The notes under the pieces are model-generated. The model did no database searches and was not told where the DNA came from. It worked only from the letters and a program-made list of their open reading frames with translations. Shown in pieces: positions 13,521 through 26,145 of a DNA stretch of 64,000 bases. A program made the translations under genes and the position numbers. Each line of letters starts with the position of its first letter. Position 1 is the stretch's first letter. Source of the DNA: Octopus vulgaris (Eukaryota); contig OX597821.1 in the NCBI GenBank assembly GCA_951406725.2, positions 80,724,001 to 80,788,000 on the forward strand, in the 5' to 3' direction.

Positions 13521-14651
13521 CCTGAGTTCAAATCCCGCCTTTTATCCTTCTGGGGTTCTTTAAGAAAACTACCAGTCCAGTGCTGTGGTGCACAGAGCTG
13601 GTTTTCCGGTTCTTCAGGCGTATGTATATTCCTGCCTGGGCGGGACACCGATCCGTCAAAGGATTACTCATTTTTGACCAGCTGAATTAACTGGAGCAAA
13701 GTGAAATGAAGTGTTTTGTTCAAGAACACAGCACATCGCCCAGTCCAGGAATCGAAACCACAGTCTTACGATCATGAGTCTTAACCACTAAGCCCTGCAC
13801 CTCTACTCGTCCAGTGCGGTGGGTTGACGAAATTACTCAAGCGGCGGTCGAGATGCTTTGCAGCGTCTGCTTTAGATCGTGCGTTCTGGGTTCAAATTCC
13901 ATCTCAGCGTCAACGGAAAATGGTGACTCTTCTTTCAAGAGTTCATCCGACACATGGTATCAGTAATTCGAAAAATCAAAGGAAAGAGAGTTTCATTCGT
14001 TTGATCGGAGGATCGACTGACGCCGCCGCCACCACTTAGTCGACGGGGGTAGCTCAGCACTCCTAGATTAGAGGAAGAGAGAAATTATCAGAGGTGACTC
14101 AAACTAAATGCACCGGTTTTATGGTTTATTCATAAGAAAGGCAACGTCGATAACATTTTGCAGAAGAGAAAAGTTAAAAGAAAATTGACCACAGTTAAAG
14201 GAAGCGGCGTTTCGGTGTATCTAATTATTCTCAGTATCAGAAAACTTGAGTCAAATACTTATAATGGAGTTAACTCTGCAAAAGGCGCCTAAGATTCAGG
14301 TGATGGCACTAAACCGGACGACAAACTAAATGTAACAGGCCCTGTCGGAATAGTGAGGTTCATACAGAGGGTGTGCATCTTGCGCTTTTGATGTTTGATG
14401 CTTGTGGCGAGACGGGTGTAGTTTCAGAGATTGCTATTTGAAAGTGTGACTGTGTGGTTAGAGGTTTGCTTCTCAGCCACGTGGTTCCGGGTTCAGTCCC
14501 ATTCTGGAGCACCTTGTGTAAGTGTTTTCTACTATAGTCTCGGACCGATCAAAACCTTGTAAGTGAATTTGGCAGACGGAAATCTGAAAGAAGCCCGCCA
14601 ACCCATGCCAGCATGGAAAACTGACATTAAAAAATGATGATGATGATATAC

Positions 14652-14747
<96 letters not shown>

Positions 14748-16081
14748 GAGTGAGAGTGTGTGTATGTTTGTGTTTGTCTCTCACCACCACTTGATAACCG
14801 ATGTCGGTTTGATTACATCCCCGTAATCTAACAGTTCAGCAAAAGCGACCGATAGAATAAGTACCAGACTTTAAAAAAAGTATTGGGGTCTATTCGTTCA
14901 ACTAAAAACTCTTCGAGGCGGTGCCGCAGCATGGCCTCAGTCCAATGACCGAAACAAGCAAGCAAAAAAGATAAAATCCAGTAAGGATTAACGGAGTCGG
15001 AGCAGATAGTTTGCTGGTTCGTAATTGTTGAAGTAAGTCTAGAATAAACAGGGAGTGGGTCTTCTACGCGCGATGGAAGGCAAAGATGAGATTTAAACTC
15101 AGCGAGGCGAACAAATACACGCCAACAACTCTATCAGTTAGACACCTATTGTTCTCAATGTTCCTGTTTTTGATCTAATCTTTGCATTTTTAGCTATTTA
15201 TTTATTTATTTATTTATTGTTGGCTAATCAGAGAAGTGAGAGACATACTTAGGTTCCTTGCTTCCGAGACTGGTGGAAAAGAACAAGGGAAATGCGAGGT
15301 GATGCTAGTGCTAATCTGGACGTCGAATTCAAGTCAGACGCTCTAAAATACAGAAATAGTTCTTCTGATAGCTTGATTATTTTCCAAACTACCGAAAGTT
15401 ATTGTGATTTAACCTCGAGACCCATTTTTACGGTGTGGTTAAATATATGTCTATTTAAACTTTTCGTTACGTTTCATTACACATATTTGTGAATTGTGTA
15501 AGGATCTGTTCAGTATGTCATAGAATATGCGAGTGACGGGTTATGCAAAAAATTGAAACTATATACACGAAAAACGAAATATGATATAAATATATTTCCA
15601 TATCACATAAGTTCATAGTAAGAAAAGGTTGTTGTTTTTTTGAAGGCGGAAACTATTAACTGGTTACTACAAGTGATAGCATGTCAGTGTGGTTAAGGCG
15701 TTCACTTTGCAACCGAGATATTCCGGGTTCGGTCTCATTGCGTGGCATCTTATACAAGAGTCTTCTACCTGTCAGAGCCTCGAGTTGAGCAAAATAATAA
15801 GAGTGAAATTTAATATATGAAACTATGGAAACCAGTTGTATGTGTGTATACACACCCAACACGCACATACACACATACATGCATACATTCATACATGCAT
15901 ACATACATACATACATACATAAATACATACATACATACATACATACAGTGGAAGCAATATTATCGATAATGGCCGAAATTGCGCTTGACCCTCTGGCCGA
16001 TAACCGGTGACCTTCTGTGTTTCCTATTCGCCTGTGTATTTACTATATGTTCATTTGTTTATTACACCTTCTTTTTCTTTA

Positions 16082-16151
<70 letters not shown>

Positions 16152-18109
16152 TGTATGTATGTATGTATGTATGTATGTATGTATAAGTATGCCATATTTT
16201 CCGTTTGTTGTCTCCTTTTTATTTAACCCTGATTTTATTTATCTAATGCACGCACACCTTAGATTTTTACATATATATTTTTTATTTCAAGCAGCCACAA
16301 CCGGGTTGCGCTTCAACACTCACGTTAAGAATCATCTTTAATTAAGTCCTCAATTTCGCATTGTGCCTCTCTGCCATCAATGTAGTTGAATGCTCTGCAT
16401 CTTCTGTTAGGATGCAGATATAACATATGATATGGCCAAGTATTTATCACGATAGCTGCAACCAGTAAAGTCTACTCTACATTGAGCAACACGAGTAGGG
16501 ATGGCTGGAATGTGTCTTCAAACCTCTTTGTTCGTTTTGAGCTCGCGCGTTGAGATGTCTTGATCCTGCAAGAAAAGTGTCCTATATACATCACATGAGG
16601 CAACGTGAAGGTCTTTCATAGTCCAAGTTTTGACTTCACAAAAGAATGCTCTTTCAACATTCCTTGATAAGGAATGGCCTTTAAAATAATTGATTGAAAA
16701 GCGGTGGTCAGTACTTAATTGTTTTGTGTCTGCCTTTATCCATATATTGTCTATCCATCAAAGATAACATGTTCTAAAGTTAACAAGACTAACCAAGGTG
16801 ACGAAGTTATAAAAAAAAAGGAAATATTTAACTATGCACCAGAATATTGAAATAATATAGTGCTCTTCAATAATGTGTTATTAAGAAACAAATATATCAT
16901 TTATTGGAATTTACGGTTCATTTTAGAGACAAGTAAAATTATTGAATATTAACAAAGAAAATAGTAAAACTTTCAGAAATAAATGTAGTTATTATTTAAG
17001 AGGTTCCGAGCATTGTGATCTGTGTGTATTCGAATTTCAGAATCAATGGTCGCCAAAACAATAGAAACAGTATCACGAAGAAACGGGCATCACGGACGAT
17101 TGCGTATTTTCTGTTCGGCGGTCAGTGACGTGACTAGAGGGTGTGCTGCCCAAGACGGCCACTGAGTCCTCCCCTCCTGAGACCCCTGGCTTATAGAGCA
17201 GATCCGAAACTGCTACCCCTAAAAAGCACCGCTCTGGATGGACTGTTCTTTCCCCTAACTATGCTACTGTGATAGGCTTAGAAGATTTAAAATAGAATGT
17301 AACATTCGTAAGCTTAATTTCTCTCCGACCGGCTAATAGAATTTGACAGATACTGAAACTATTGGAAAATACAAATTATTTGATGACTAAGTTAAAAAAA
17401 AGAAAAGACTACTAACTATCTAAACTCTAAGATTTAAGGTGTGTGGCCGAGTGGTTAGGGTGTTGTACTCGTGATCACAAAGTCATGGTTTCCATTCCTG
17501 GACCAAGCAATGTGATGTGATCTTGAGCAAAATATTTCATACCACATTGCCACTCACAAGATCATGCTTTGCATTCCTGGATCGAGTGGTGTGCTGTGTT
17601 CTTGAGCAAAATATTTCATGCCATGTTGCTCTTGTCCACTAAGTTATGAACGAGTTCCAGCGATCATTGGGAAGTTAGCCCTGCGACGGGCCAGCATCAC
17701 GTTTAGAATATGTATTGTAATTTTAATCATTTATAAGCCATGGAAACAGGTTAAGCTCTGGCCTTATGAGTGCTAGGACTCATGAAAGAAAGATTTATAA
17801 TGCAGTTAAGTTAACAAACACGGGCTTACAATGATATAATTACGTATGATTTATGCAAATATCTTTGCTTTCGGCATAATTGATAATGCGACACTTCTCA
17901 GGTCCAGCAGGTGCAGATCTATCCAAAATTTACTGCATCTATATGGGGGAGGGTGGCTTCGCAAGTGTGTGTGTGTGCGTGCATGCGTGCGTGTGTGTGT
18001 GTGCATATGTATCTTTCGCCGGCGTATATGCATAACATCGACGAGTCGACCGAAAACCGTTGCTTTTCTAACGAAATTCTTCACAATCTCTTACAATATT
18101 TATTCTAGA

Positions 18110-18490
18110 CTAGCAGTATCGCCCGGCGTTGCTCAGGTTTGTAAGGGAAATAACTATAAAGCATTTTTAGAGAGTTATAGCCAAAAAATAGCAAAAAAAT
18201 GGAAAAAAAATGATGGTAAATTTTTTTGAGAGTTAAAGGTAGAGTTGCGTCCCCTAGACGGTCTGTGGTTTGGGTTTCTAATTCTCGACCCCATGTCGAA
18301 TTTATCGATTTTTTTCAGAACTGGGGGAACTTTTCAAAATTTTCTCTGCGTTAGTTTTGAATTATGACATTGGGCTATGTGTGTGTCAAGTTTCATCAGA
18401 ATCGGTTGAAAGCCGTGGTCAGAGTGAGGGTACGAGAAAACAGACACACAGAAACACGCACAGACAAACTGCCGTTTATATAGAGAGAGA
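18110..18490 (-). mobile_element. Non-autonomous Helitron
   Basis: On the minus strand 5'-TC...CTAG-3' sits between host A and T (plus: A|CTAG ... GA|T); subterminal GC hairpin CCCGGCGTTGCTCAGG; AAGTTTCATCAGAATCGG motif and ACAG/ACAC repeats typical of Lep1-like Helitrons. Confidence 0.75.
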
Positions 18491-18710
18491 TCAAGGCGGT
18501 GAGCAGGCAGAATCGTTAGCAATATTTCGTCTGCCCGTTACGTTCTGAGTTCAAATTCCGCCGATGTCGACTTTGCCTTTCATCCTTTTGGGGTCGATAA
18601 ATTAAGTACCAATTGCGTAGTGGGGTCGATCTAATCAACTGGCCCCCTCCCTAAAAATTTCGAGCCTTGTGCCTAGAATAGAAAAGAATATTTATTCTAC
18701 ATCGAGTTAC

Positions 18711-18763
18711 AGACACTCATCCACTCACACTCACACGGTGTGAGTGTGAGTGGATGAGTGTCT
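18711..18763. repeat. Perfect palindrome with 26-bp arms and a 1-nt spacer
   Basis: AGACACTCATCCACTCACACTCACAC-G-GTGTGAGTGTGAGTGGATGAGTGTCT. Confidence 0.95.
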
Positions 18764-18914
18764 CTAACAAAGGAAATCAATATGCAAATTAGCAAAATAG
18801 AGGCATGCACACACACACACACACGTAATTACATATCATGCCAGGGAAAACTAGTATTCCCGCTTAAAGAGTGATTGGTCCGTTAGAGACACGTGGCTAG
18901 TGACGCTATGATAT

Positions 18915-19212
18915 CATGACTCAGCGGTTAAAGCGTCGGGTACACACTCATGAGGTAGTGAATTCGATTCCCGGACTGGGCTGTGTGTTGTGTTCTTGAG
19001 CAAGGCACTTTATTTCACGTTACTCCATTCACTCAGCTGTAGAAATGAGTTGCGACGTCACTGTACCAGCCTCTGCATTTCCCTTGGATAACATCGGTGG
19101 CATGAAGAGGAGAGACTGGTCTGCATGAGTGACTGTTGGTCTTCCATAAACAACCTTGCTCGGACTTATGCCTCGGAGGGGAATTTTCTAGGTGCAATCC
19201 TATGGTCATTCA
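18915..19212 (+). mobile_element. tRNA-derived SINE, family D
   Basis: A box TGACTCAGCGG, B box GAATTCGATTCC, core GTTCTTGAGCAAGGCACTTTATTTCAC. Related copies at about 13580-13800(-), 17437-17790, 30785-31125(-) and 42875-43190. Confidence 0.8.
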
Positions 19213-20756
19213 TATATAAATGTGAAATCTGATATTCTATAAACATTCAATTCCGTTGTTGTTCAGAATTGAGTTTCTTTCAAGATAAAGAAAATCAACG
19301 ATATCCGTCACTGGCAAGTGAGTTTGCCTTGATCAGAAATACTATGCCTTTGCTGTGACCATGTAGTCGCGAGCAAACTCACCTACTCTTGACTTAGTCA
19401 AAGCTGGAGCCAGGACGTAACAACTGGAGTGAGTGAAGAGTGAACCAGCACTGGTTCAGTACTTTTGAATCAACCCTGCAACGATGAAAAGCCAACTGGT
19501 TCTCGGCGGGATTTGAACTCGGAATAGAGTTAAGGCTAAGACAAGACGCAATCACCCTACAATAGGCTAACGAACTTCGGTCTAATTGATAGTATAATCA
19601 GGTGTCACTCGCGAGCGAGTATTCTTTTGCTAACTGTGTAACGTAGCCGTGAGAAAAAAACATTAATAGTCTCTCACCTTTCTCTCGGTGCAGCATCCAG
19701 GATGTAACAGCTAGAAATGTGATATCAAGTGTCTTGCTCAAGAACATAACGACCAGGTACCAAACATCCTAAACCACTATCCCAGACTCCTTCACCTAAC
19801 TAACAGAGTATCTAGTAGTAAATCTATCCTCTTAATCTGATTATTATGCAGCAGATATAATTAACGACTTTATTACATTTTATTGTTTATTAAAGCGGCG
19901 AGCTGGCAGAATTGTTAGCACGCTCTTTACAATCTGAGTTCAAATTCCGCCGAAGTCGACTTTGCCTTTCATCCTTTCGGACTCGATTAAATGAGTACCA
20001 GTTATGCACTGAGGATGGATGTAATCCACTTAATCCCCCCCCCGAATGTCAGGCCTTGTACCCACCATAGAAAGGATTATTTATTAAGGCGGCGAGATGG
20101 CAGAATTGTTAGCACGCTCTTTGTGTTCTGAGTTCAAATTCCGCTGAGATCGACTTTGCCTTTCATCCTTTCGGACTCGATAAAATAAAGTACCAGTTGG
20201 ACACTGGTGCCAATGTAAATGACTAGCCCTCTCACCCAAATTTTCAGGCCTCGTACTTATTGTAAGAAGGATTATACATTTATTTTATTTAAGTGAAAGC
20301 TACATAGTCGTCTGAGTAAACCCTTCCTGGTACTCATTGATAAAATACAAAATAAAAGCCTTCGAAATATAAAAGGAGAAACAACTGAATCCCCGATCCA
20401 TTATGAATCTCTGAATATGATGAAACACTGAACTACTAACAGCCTCGTCCAACTAATGATAAATAGATACTACATGGTGTTGCGGCTGTGTAACAGAGCC
20501 AACACGGCACTATCAAACTGATGAGTGAGTGTTTCTTTATTTCGTAGGGTTGAGTTCAACTTCTCTCAGATTATATCTAGAAATTACGAAGTCTTCAGCT
20601 TCGTCAATAGCTATCCTTTAATAGGGGAGGCAACTCTTACACTTTAACCAGAATTATTTCCCTTAATTGTATACTTTGTTAGTAATTATATAATAATAAT
20701 AGAAATATTAAAATTACTAAGTCTCTTTAAAAGAGATTACGACAGCCTTTCTGGAA

Positions 20757-21085
20757 ATTAATAGTTATCGCCATACTAATATGGCATTCTTAAAAGTAAG
20801 AATAAAGCTGTCGCTGATTAGCTCCATGAAGCCATCGCCTCAAGCTAGCTACTTGACACACTTTTTTCTTACCACACACAAACACAATACATATGCAAGA
20901 AATACATAAACAGAAGCGATTAGGCTAAAAAAACCTTTTAAAGAAATAAATGTTCGAAGGTTTAATAACGGACGCAGTTTGTGTGTCAAGTAGCTGGCTT
21001 GAGGCGATGGCTTCATGGAGCTAATCAGCGACAGCTTTATTCTTATTTTTAAGAATGCCATATTAGTATGGCGATAACTATTAAT
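20757..21085. repeat. Long inverted repeat with 105-bp arms (20757-20861 / 20981-21085)
   Basis: Arms differ at about 2 positions; the 119-bp spacer has its own inverted copy at 21682-21772. Confidence 0.95.
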
Positions 21086-21094
21086 ATATAATAA

Positions 21095-21361
21095 TAATAC
21101 TGAAATTATTGTATACACTGCTCAGGTGCACCACAACTTGTCAGAAAGTGCGTATAAAGTACATGCAGTAATGTACAAATGTCTGGAAAGTGAACAATGT
21201 ATGAGTCAGATACATGCTTGTGTGTGTATGGAGGGGAGAAAATCAGGTGTAGTGTTGGCAAATCTCAGAAAGCATGGAAGTTTTGAAGGATGCAGTGCTC
21301 TGACAACTAACAACCAATGCCGGCAGTTTGTTCCATGCTTCAGCAACTCTCAGCGTGAAAA
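21095..21361 (-). mobile_element. CR1-clade LINE 3' end
   Basis: Near-identical to 54245-54500; encodes the terminal FTLRVAEAWNKLP-type peptide and has a (TTA)n tail on the minus strand. Confidence 0.75.
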
Positions 21362-21377
21362 GTTTTAGCAAATTAAC

Positions 21378-21447
21378 CTCATGAAGGCATTCTCTCATGA
21401 AGGCATTCTCTCATGAAGGCATTCTCTCATGAAGGCATTCTTTCATG
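21378..21447. repeat. 16-bp tandem repeat, about 4.3 copies (CTCATGAAGGCATTCT)
   Basis: Directly visible perfect copies. Confidence 0.95.
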
Positions 21448-22269
21448 CAGTCATTCATAAGCTGTGGTTTTTGTTTAGCCTAATTCAGCCGTGAGTGGGC
21501 AAACTTACATAATCAAATGTCTAATGGTCACAACCGTCTTTTCTATATCAGAGTACATTATCTAATGTCTTGAACAAAATAAATAGATAAATTAATTAAT
21601 TAATTAATTAATTAATAGCTATCCTTCAACAGAGGTAGACAGATAATGAAAGTATTTATTCAGCAATTTCCGTAGAAAATTTTTATTTCTTTAAAAGTTT
21701 TTTTAGCCTAATCGCTTATGTTTATGTATTTCTTGCATATGTATTGTGTTTGTGTGTGGTAAGAAAAAAGTGATCCGGTAAAATTGTCATGCATCAAACG
21801 AAATGCTTAGTTGTGACGTGTATTCAATAGTCAAATACTGAAGTTGATATATTCAAACAATATTTGTGGGTTCAATTGACCTCCTCAGTATTGCCCTTAA
21901 CACTAGTTTCATCAACTTCTGATGATATGTAATGTCATTATTCAGTTTTATTTCCAAATTTCTTTTCTTTCCAACAGAGAAAGAGTAACCAAGATCCATG
22001 GCTTCTTCAATGGAATTTCAACAACATCGACAGGGTATTTAAGCAATGCATGTATGTATGTGTGTATGTATGTATGCATGAATGTATGTATGTATGAATG
22101 TATGTATGTGTGTATGTATGCATGCATGTATGTAGATTTGTATGTATGTATGTAGATTTGTATGTATGTATGTATGTATGTATGTATATATGTATGTATG
22201 TGAAGATTTGCAAGTTTTATGTATGTATCCTCATGCATATAGTTGCATATCTAGACATGGCCGTATATT

Positions 22270-23130
22270 TTTAAATGATAAACTTCTGGAAAGTTCCACA
22301 GATTTTTAAAGTTACAGTGAGGGATTGGATCTGTAGTCTTCAAATTAGCTTTTTCCTTTCTGATTTTGAGAAGCCTAATTTCTCAAGATTGGTATTTAGG
22401 CAGTGTGTTACATATCCCAGGGCCCCAATAATTACAGGAACAAACCTGAACTTGTCATCTGGATAGAATAACTACAGATTTCTCAATAGTTCAGCATAGG
22501 TGTTCTCTTTTTCACTGATCTTCAGCTTTAAGTTAACATCCGCTGGGCAGTTAATTTCCAAAACTATGCATAGTTTCTCTTCTCTATCCCAAATCATTAT
22601 ATCAGGTCTGTTGTGCTTACATTTTATTGAGGTCTTCACTGGGCTATTCCACTAGTACTCCTTTTTATTATGAGAGGCTATGGTTTCTACCATACTGTGG
22701 GTTCTTATTTCCTTGTCCTCGGGGTTATCCTTCCAACATTTCATAATAGAGTGTCCTAGCTACAACATCATGTCTCATCGGTAGATAATACCGTGATGAC
22801 ATTTTCAGGCAGCTGCTTATGATGTGGGTGATATCTTCAGTGTGAACTTTACAAAGTCTGCATCGGTTGTCACACATTAAGGCTTTACCTGCATCTCTAT
22901 TCCTTTTGTGCATCAGGTACTTGGCTGATATTTCCTCTTCCTGCATTGCAAACACAAACCCTTCAAGGTGGGAGGTAGTAATCCGGAAAATGGTCCATGA
23001 TAAACTGCTTTGGTGATTGATGTTCTTATCATCACATAGCTTTCTACTAACATATCCATGCATAGTCTTCTGCTCATATAGACTCATCCTTTCATCTGAT
23101 GATATGTTCTGGTAGAGTCATGCGGCTTCT
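22270..23130 (-). mobile_element. RLE-type non-LTR retrotransposon fragment (CCHC finger plus endonuclease)
   Basis: CRLCKVHTEDITHIISSC...RHD zinc knuckle, followed by KHNRPDIMIWD..LCIVLEINCP endonuclease residues with stops and frameshifts. Confidence 0.85.
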
Positions 23131-23943
23131 TTGAGCATATATGTATCTATCTATCTATCTGTCTATTTATTTATTTATATATGCATATTGGTGTATGTAT
23201 GTATGTATATTTGTGTAAATACATGTGTTTATGTACATGCATGTATATTTGTGTACATGTATACACAAAGACACACACATATACAGTACTTAAATATACA
23301 TACATACACACATACATACAAATAAGCGATTCAGCTGAAAACAAATTAAAGAAATAAAAAATGTTTACGAAATTGCAGAACAAATACTTTCATTATCCAT
23401 CTGCCTTTACTGAAAGCTAACCAAACGGACAATGCTTTGCCTATGGTCTCACAAGTATCAATTTTTACAACTGGTTGTTTGGCAATTTCCATACTTTTAT
23501 TTATTTACTTTTGTTTTCCTGTCCTATTGAAAGCAGCATTTGAAGTCGGTGAGGAAGGTGAAAAGGGAAGCACACACACACACACAATGACTTTCATGTT
23601 TATGAGTTGAATAGTGAAACACATCAGCACAACTCTATTTTTTGTTTCAGTCTTGGCTGCAGCCATGCTGGAGCACTGCCTTTAGTCGAACAAATCAACC
23701 CCAGGACTCATTCTTTGTAAGCCTAGTACTTATTTTATCAGTCGGCTTATTTTATCAGACGGGCTTCTTTCAGTTTCCGTCTCCCAAATCCACTCACAAG
23801 GCTTTGGTTGGCCCAAGGCTATAGCAGAAGACACTTGCCCAAGGTGCCACGCAGTGGGACTGAACCTGGAACCATGTGGTTGGTTAGCAAGCTACTTACC
23901 ACACAGCCACTCCTGCGCCTATGTGTGTGTGTATATATATATA

Positions 23944-24243
23944 GTGCCGGTGGCACGTAAAAAGCACCATACGTTCGTGGCCGTTGCCAGCCTCGCCTGG
24001 CCCCCGTGCCGGTGGCACATAAAAAGCATCATCCGATCGTGGCCGTTTGCCAGACTAGTCTGGCACCTGTGCCACGTAAAAAGCACCCACTACACTCATG
24101 GAGTGGTTGGCGTTAGGAAGGGCATCCAGCCGTAGAAACATTGCCAGATCAGACTGGGCCTGGTGCAGCCTTCTGGCTTCCCAGACCCCAGTTGAACCGT
24201 CCAACCCATGCTAGCATGGAAAGCAGACGCTAAACGATGATGA

Positions 24244-24246
<3 letters not shown>
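23944..24246 (+). mobile_element. SINE/LINE-tail family C (GGAAGGGCATCCAGC...(GAT)n, RTE-like tail)
   Basis: Shared 3' block GTGGTTGGCGTTAGGAAGGGCATCCAG...CATGCTAGCATGGAAAG..GACG.TAAA.GATGATG. Other copies at about 32563-32730(-), 36972-37455(-), 41640-42215(-), 57090-57325(-), 59451-59815(-) and 62627-63367(+). Confidence 0.8.
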
Positions 24247-24280
<34 letters not shown>

Positions 24281-25084
24281 CACGATGGGCTTCTTTCAGT
24301 TTCCGTCTACCAAATCCACTCACAAGGGTTTGGTCGGCCCGAGGCTATAGTAGAAGACACTTGCCCAAGGTGCCACGCAGTGGGACTGAACCCAGAACCA
24401 TGTGGTTGGTAAGCAAGTATGTATGTATTTATGGTTGTACGTGTATATGAAAAATAATGGGTCTACCTGTGTGTGTTTGTAGGTGCGTCGGCGCGAGAAC
24501 GAGTATGTTCCGTTCTATGTATTTTGTATTCACTCACACACACGCAAAATATGTACACCCAGTATCTTTCATATACACCTACATGCATAAATACATACAT
24601 GCGAGTGTATTTCATAATTCAACACATGGATATGGAAGTCAACGTGTGTGCGTGTGTGTGCGCGTACCTGTGTGTTTTCACCGACTTCAAAACAAATGTG
24701 GACTTCAACTGGACAGGAAAACAAAAGTAAATCAATAAAAATTCTTTACAGAAATTGCCGAACAACCGGCTGTAAAAATTGATAAGCGTGAAACCATGGG
24801 CGACAGATCATCGCCAAATAAATGAAACGTTAAGTAGGGGGAATGATATAAGGGAGACTTGACTGTTATTTCTAGCGGTTCGAGTGGCGGCATTAGACTA
24901 ACAGAATTGTTAGAACGTTAAAGAAAGCAAAACTTGCAGTATTTAGTTAAGGAACTTTTTACATTCTCATTTCGACTTCTGTCGTGATTAAATTTCCCTT
25001 CATCATTTTCAGTGTACATAAAATAAATTACTAATTAAACCCTGATGATCGATTTAATTAATTCCCGAATCACGAAAGAAGAAA

Positions 25085-25138
25085 TTTCGCTCGGAAGTGA
25101 CGTCACGGCTCCAACCGTCGAAGCGCGCGAAATTTGAA
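25085..25138 (+). promoter_or_regulatory. Probable SKA1 core promoter: overlapping ETS-CRE (CGGAAGTGACGTCAC), E2F site (GCGCGCGAAA) and CHR (TTTGAA)
   Basis: CGGAAGT 25092-25098 overlaps TGACGTCA 25098-25105. GCGCGCGAAA 25123-25132 (reverse complement TTTCGCGCGC) is directly followed by TTTGAA 25133-25138. This is a CpG-rich patch in CpG-poor DNA, with a consensus donor GTAAGT about 35 bp downstream. Confidence 0.7.
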
Positions 25139-25172
25139 CTGGTTTTGCTGTTGTCTTGTTTCAAGAACTTTG
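25139..25172 (+). other. SKA1: Putative non-coding exon 1 of SKA1 (start approximate)
   Basis: Donor TG|GTAAGT at 25173 lies right after the promoter motif cluster. The next exon has an acceptor only 11 nt before the ATG, which implies an upstream 5'UTR exon. Confidence 0.55.
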
Positions 25173-25649
25173 GTAAGTTTTTCGTTCAGCATTTACATTT
25201 GTTTTCAACTCGAAGCAGGACATTTGTTTGTTTCACAGCCAGTTTATGACTTGAACTGATCAGCTCACAATGATTTGTTATATTTTTTTCTCGTTTAGCT
25301 GTTTGTAGTCGCCGCTAAAATACGTAGAACACAATATTTGTGGGTGGGTGTATATATGTGTAGAATAAAGCTGAAGTTAACAAGGAATCTAAAGAATACA
25401 CACACATCCATTTTCGGCGTGACCCTAAACACCCAATTTGCGTATTCTTTACCTTCGCCTCGGACCTAATAACTTCAGCTTTATTATTGTTCTTATTTTT
25501 GTATCTTTTGCCTTAAATCTTTCGTCACTCGTCCTTTCACCTCTTCTGCGACTCTCCATCCTACGTGTCTCCTGTCCTCTTTAATCCATTCTGTCTTTCT
25601 ATGGTGTTTGTCCTTATCTGTGCATGCATGTATGTGTATATATATATAT

Positions 25650-25945
25650 AACTAAAAATAAGGGTGTCTAAGAGACACCACCATGCCGAAATAGCAGTCA
25701 AAACCCTGACTCTAAGAACCACGTTAAATGTTCATATCGCACCATGAGATAAGGCAGAGGGAGAAAATAGACTAGCAAAAAATATTACTATATTCAACTG
25801 ACGAGGCAAAACTAGAAATCCAGTCTATTTTCTCCCTCTGTCTTATCTCATGGTGCGATATGAACATTTAACGTGGTTCTTAGAGTCAGGGTTTTGACTG
25901 CTATTTCGGCATGGTGGTGTCTCTTAGACACCCTTATTTTTAGTT
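25650..25945. repeat. Near-perfect foldback with 124-bp arms (25650-25773 / 25822-25945) and a 48-bp spacer carrying a degenerate hammerhead-like core
   Basis: One mismatch seen between the arms; the spacer/arm junction reads CTGACGAGGCAAAACTAGAAATCCAGTC. Confidence 0.93.
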
Positions 25946-26145
25946 GTAAAAAAATTATTACCTTTGTATGGTATTTTTTCCCATGCTGGCCACTTGATAA
26001 GATCGATATTTAAATATCGATATTATCCTTATTTATATATATATATATGTTGTGGATTATTATTATATATATTATCCTTATTTATATTTATATATATGTT
26101 GTGGATTATTATTATATATATTATCCTTATTTATATTTATATATA

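Noticed and set aside
20757-25945. All arm mismatches in two foldbacks are G-U compatible on the + strand, suggesting RNA-level selection
   Set aside because: Only three positions; any transition is G-U on one strand, so this is not significant.
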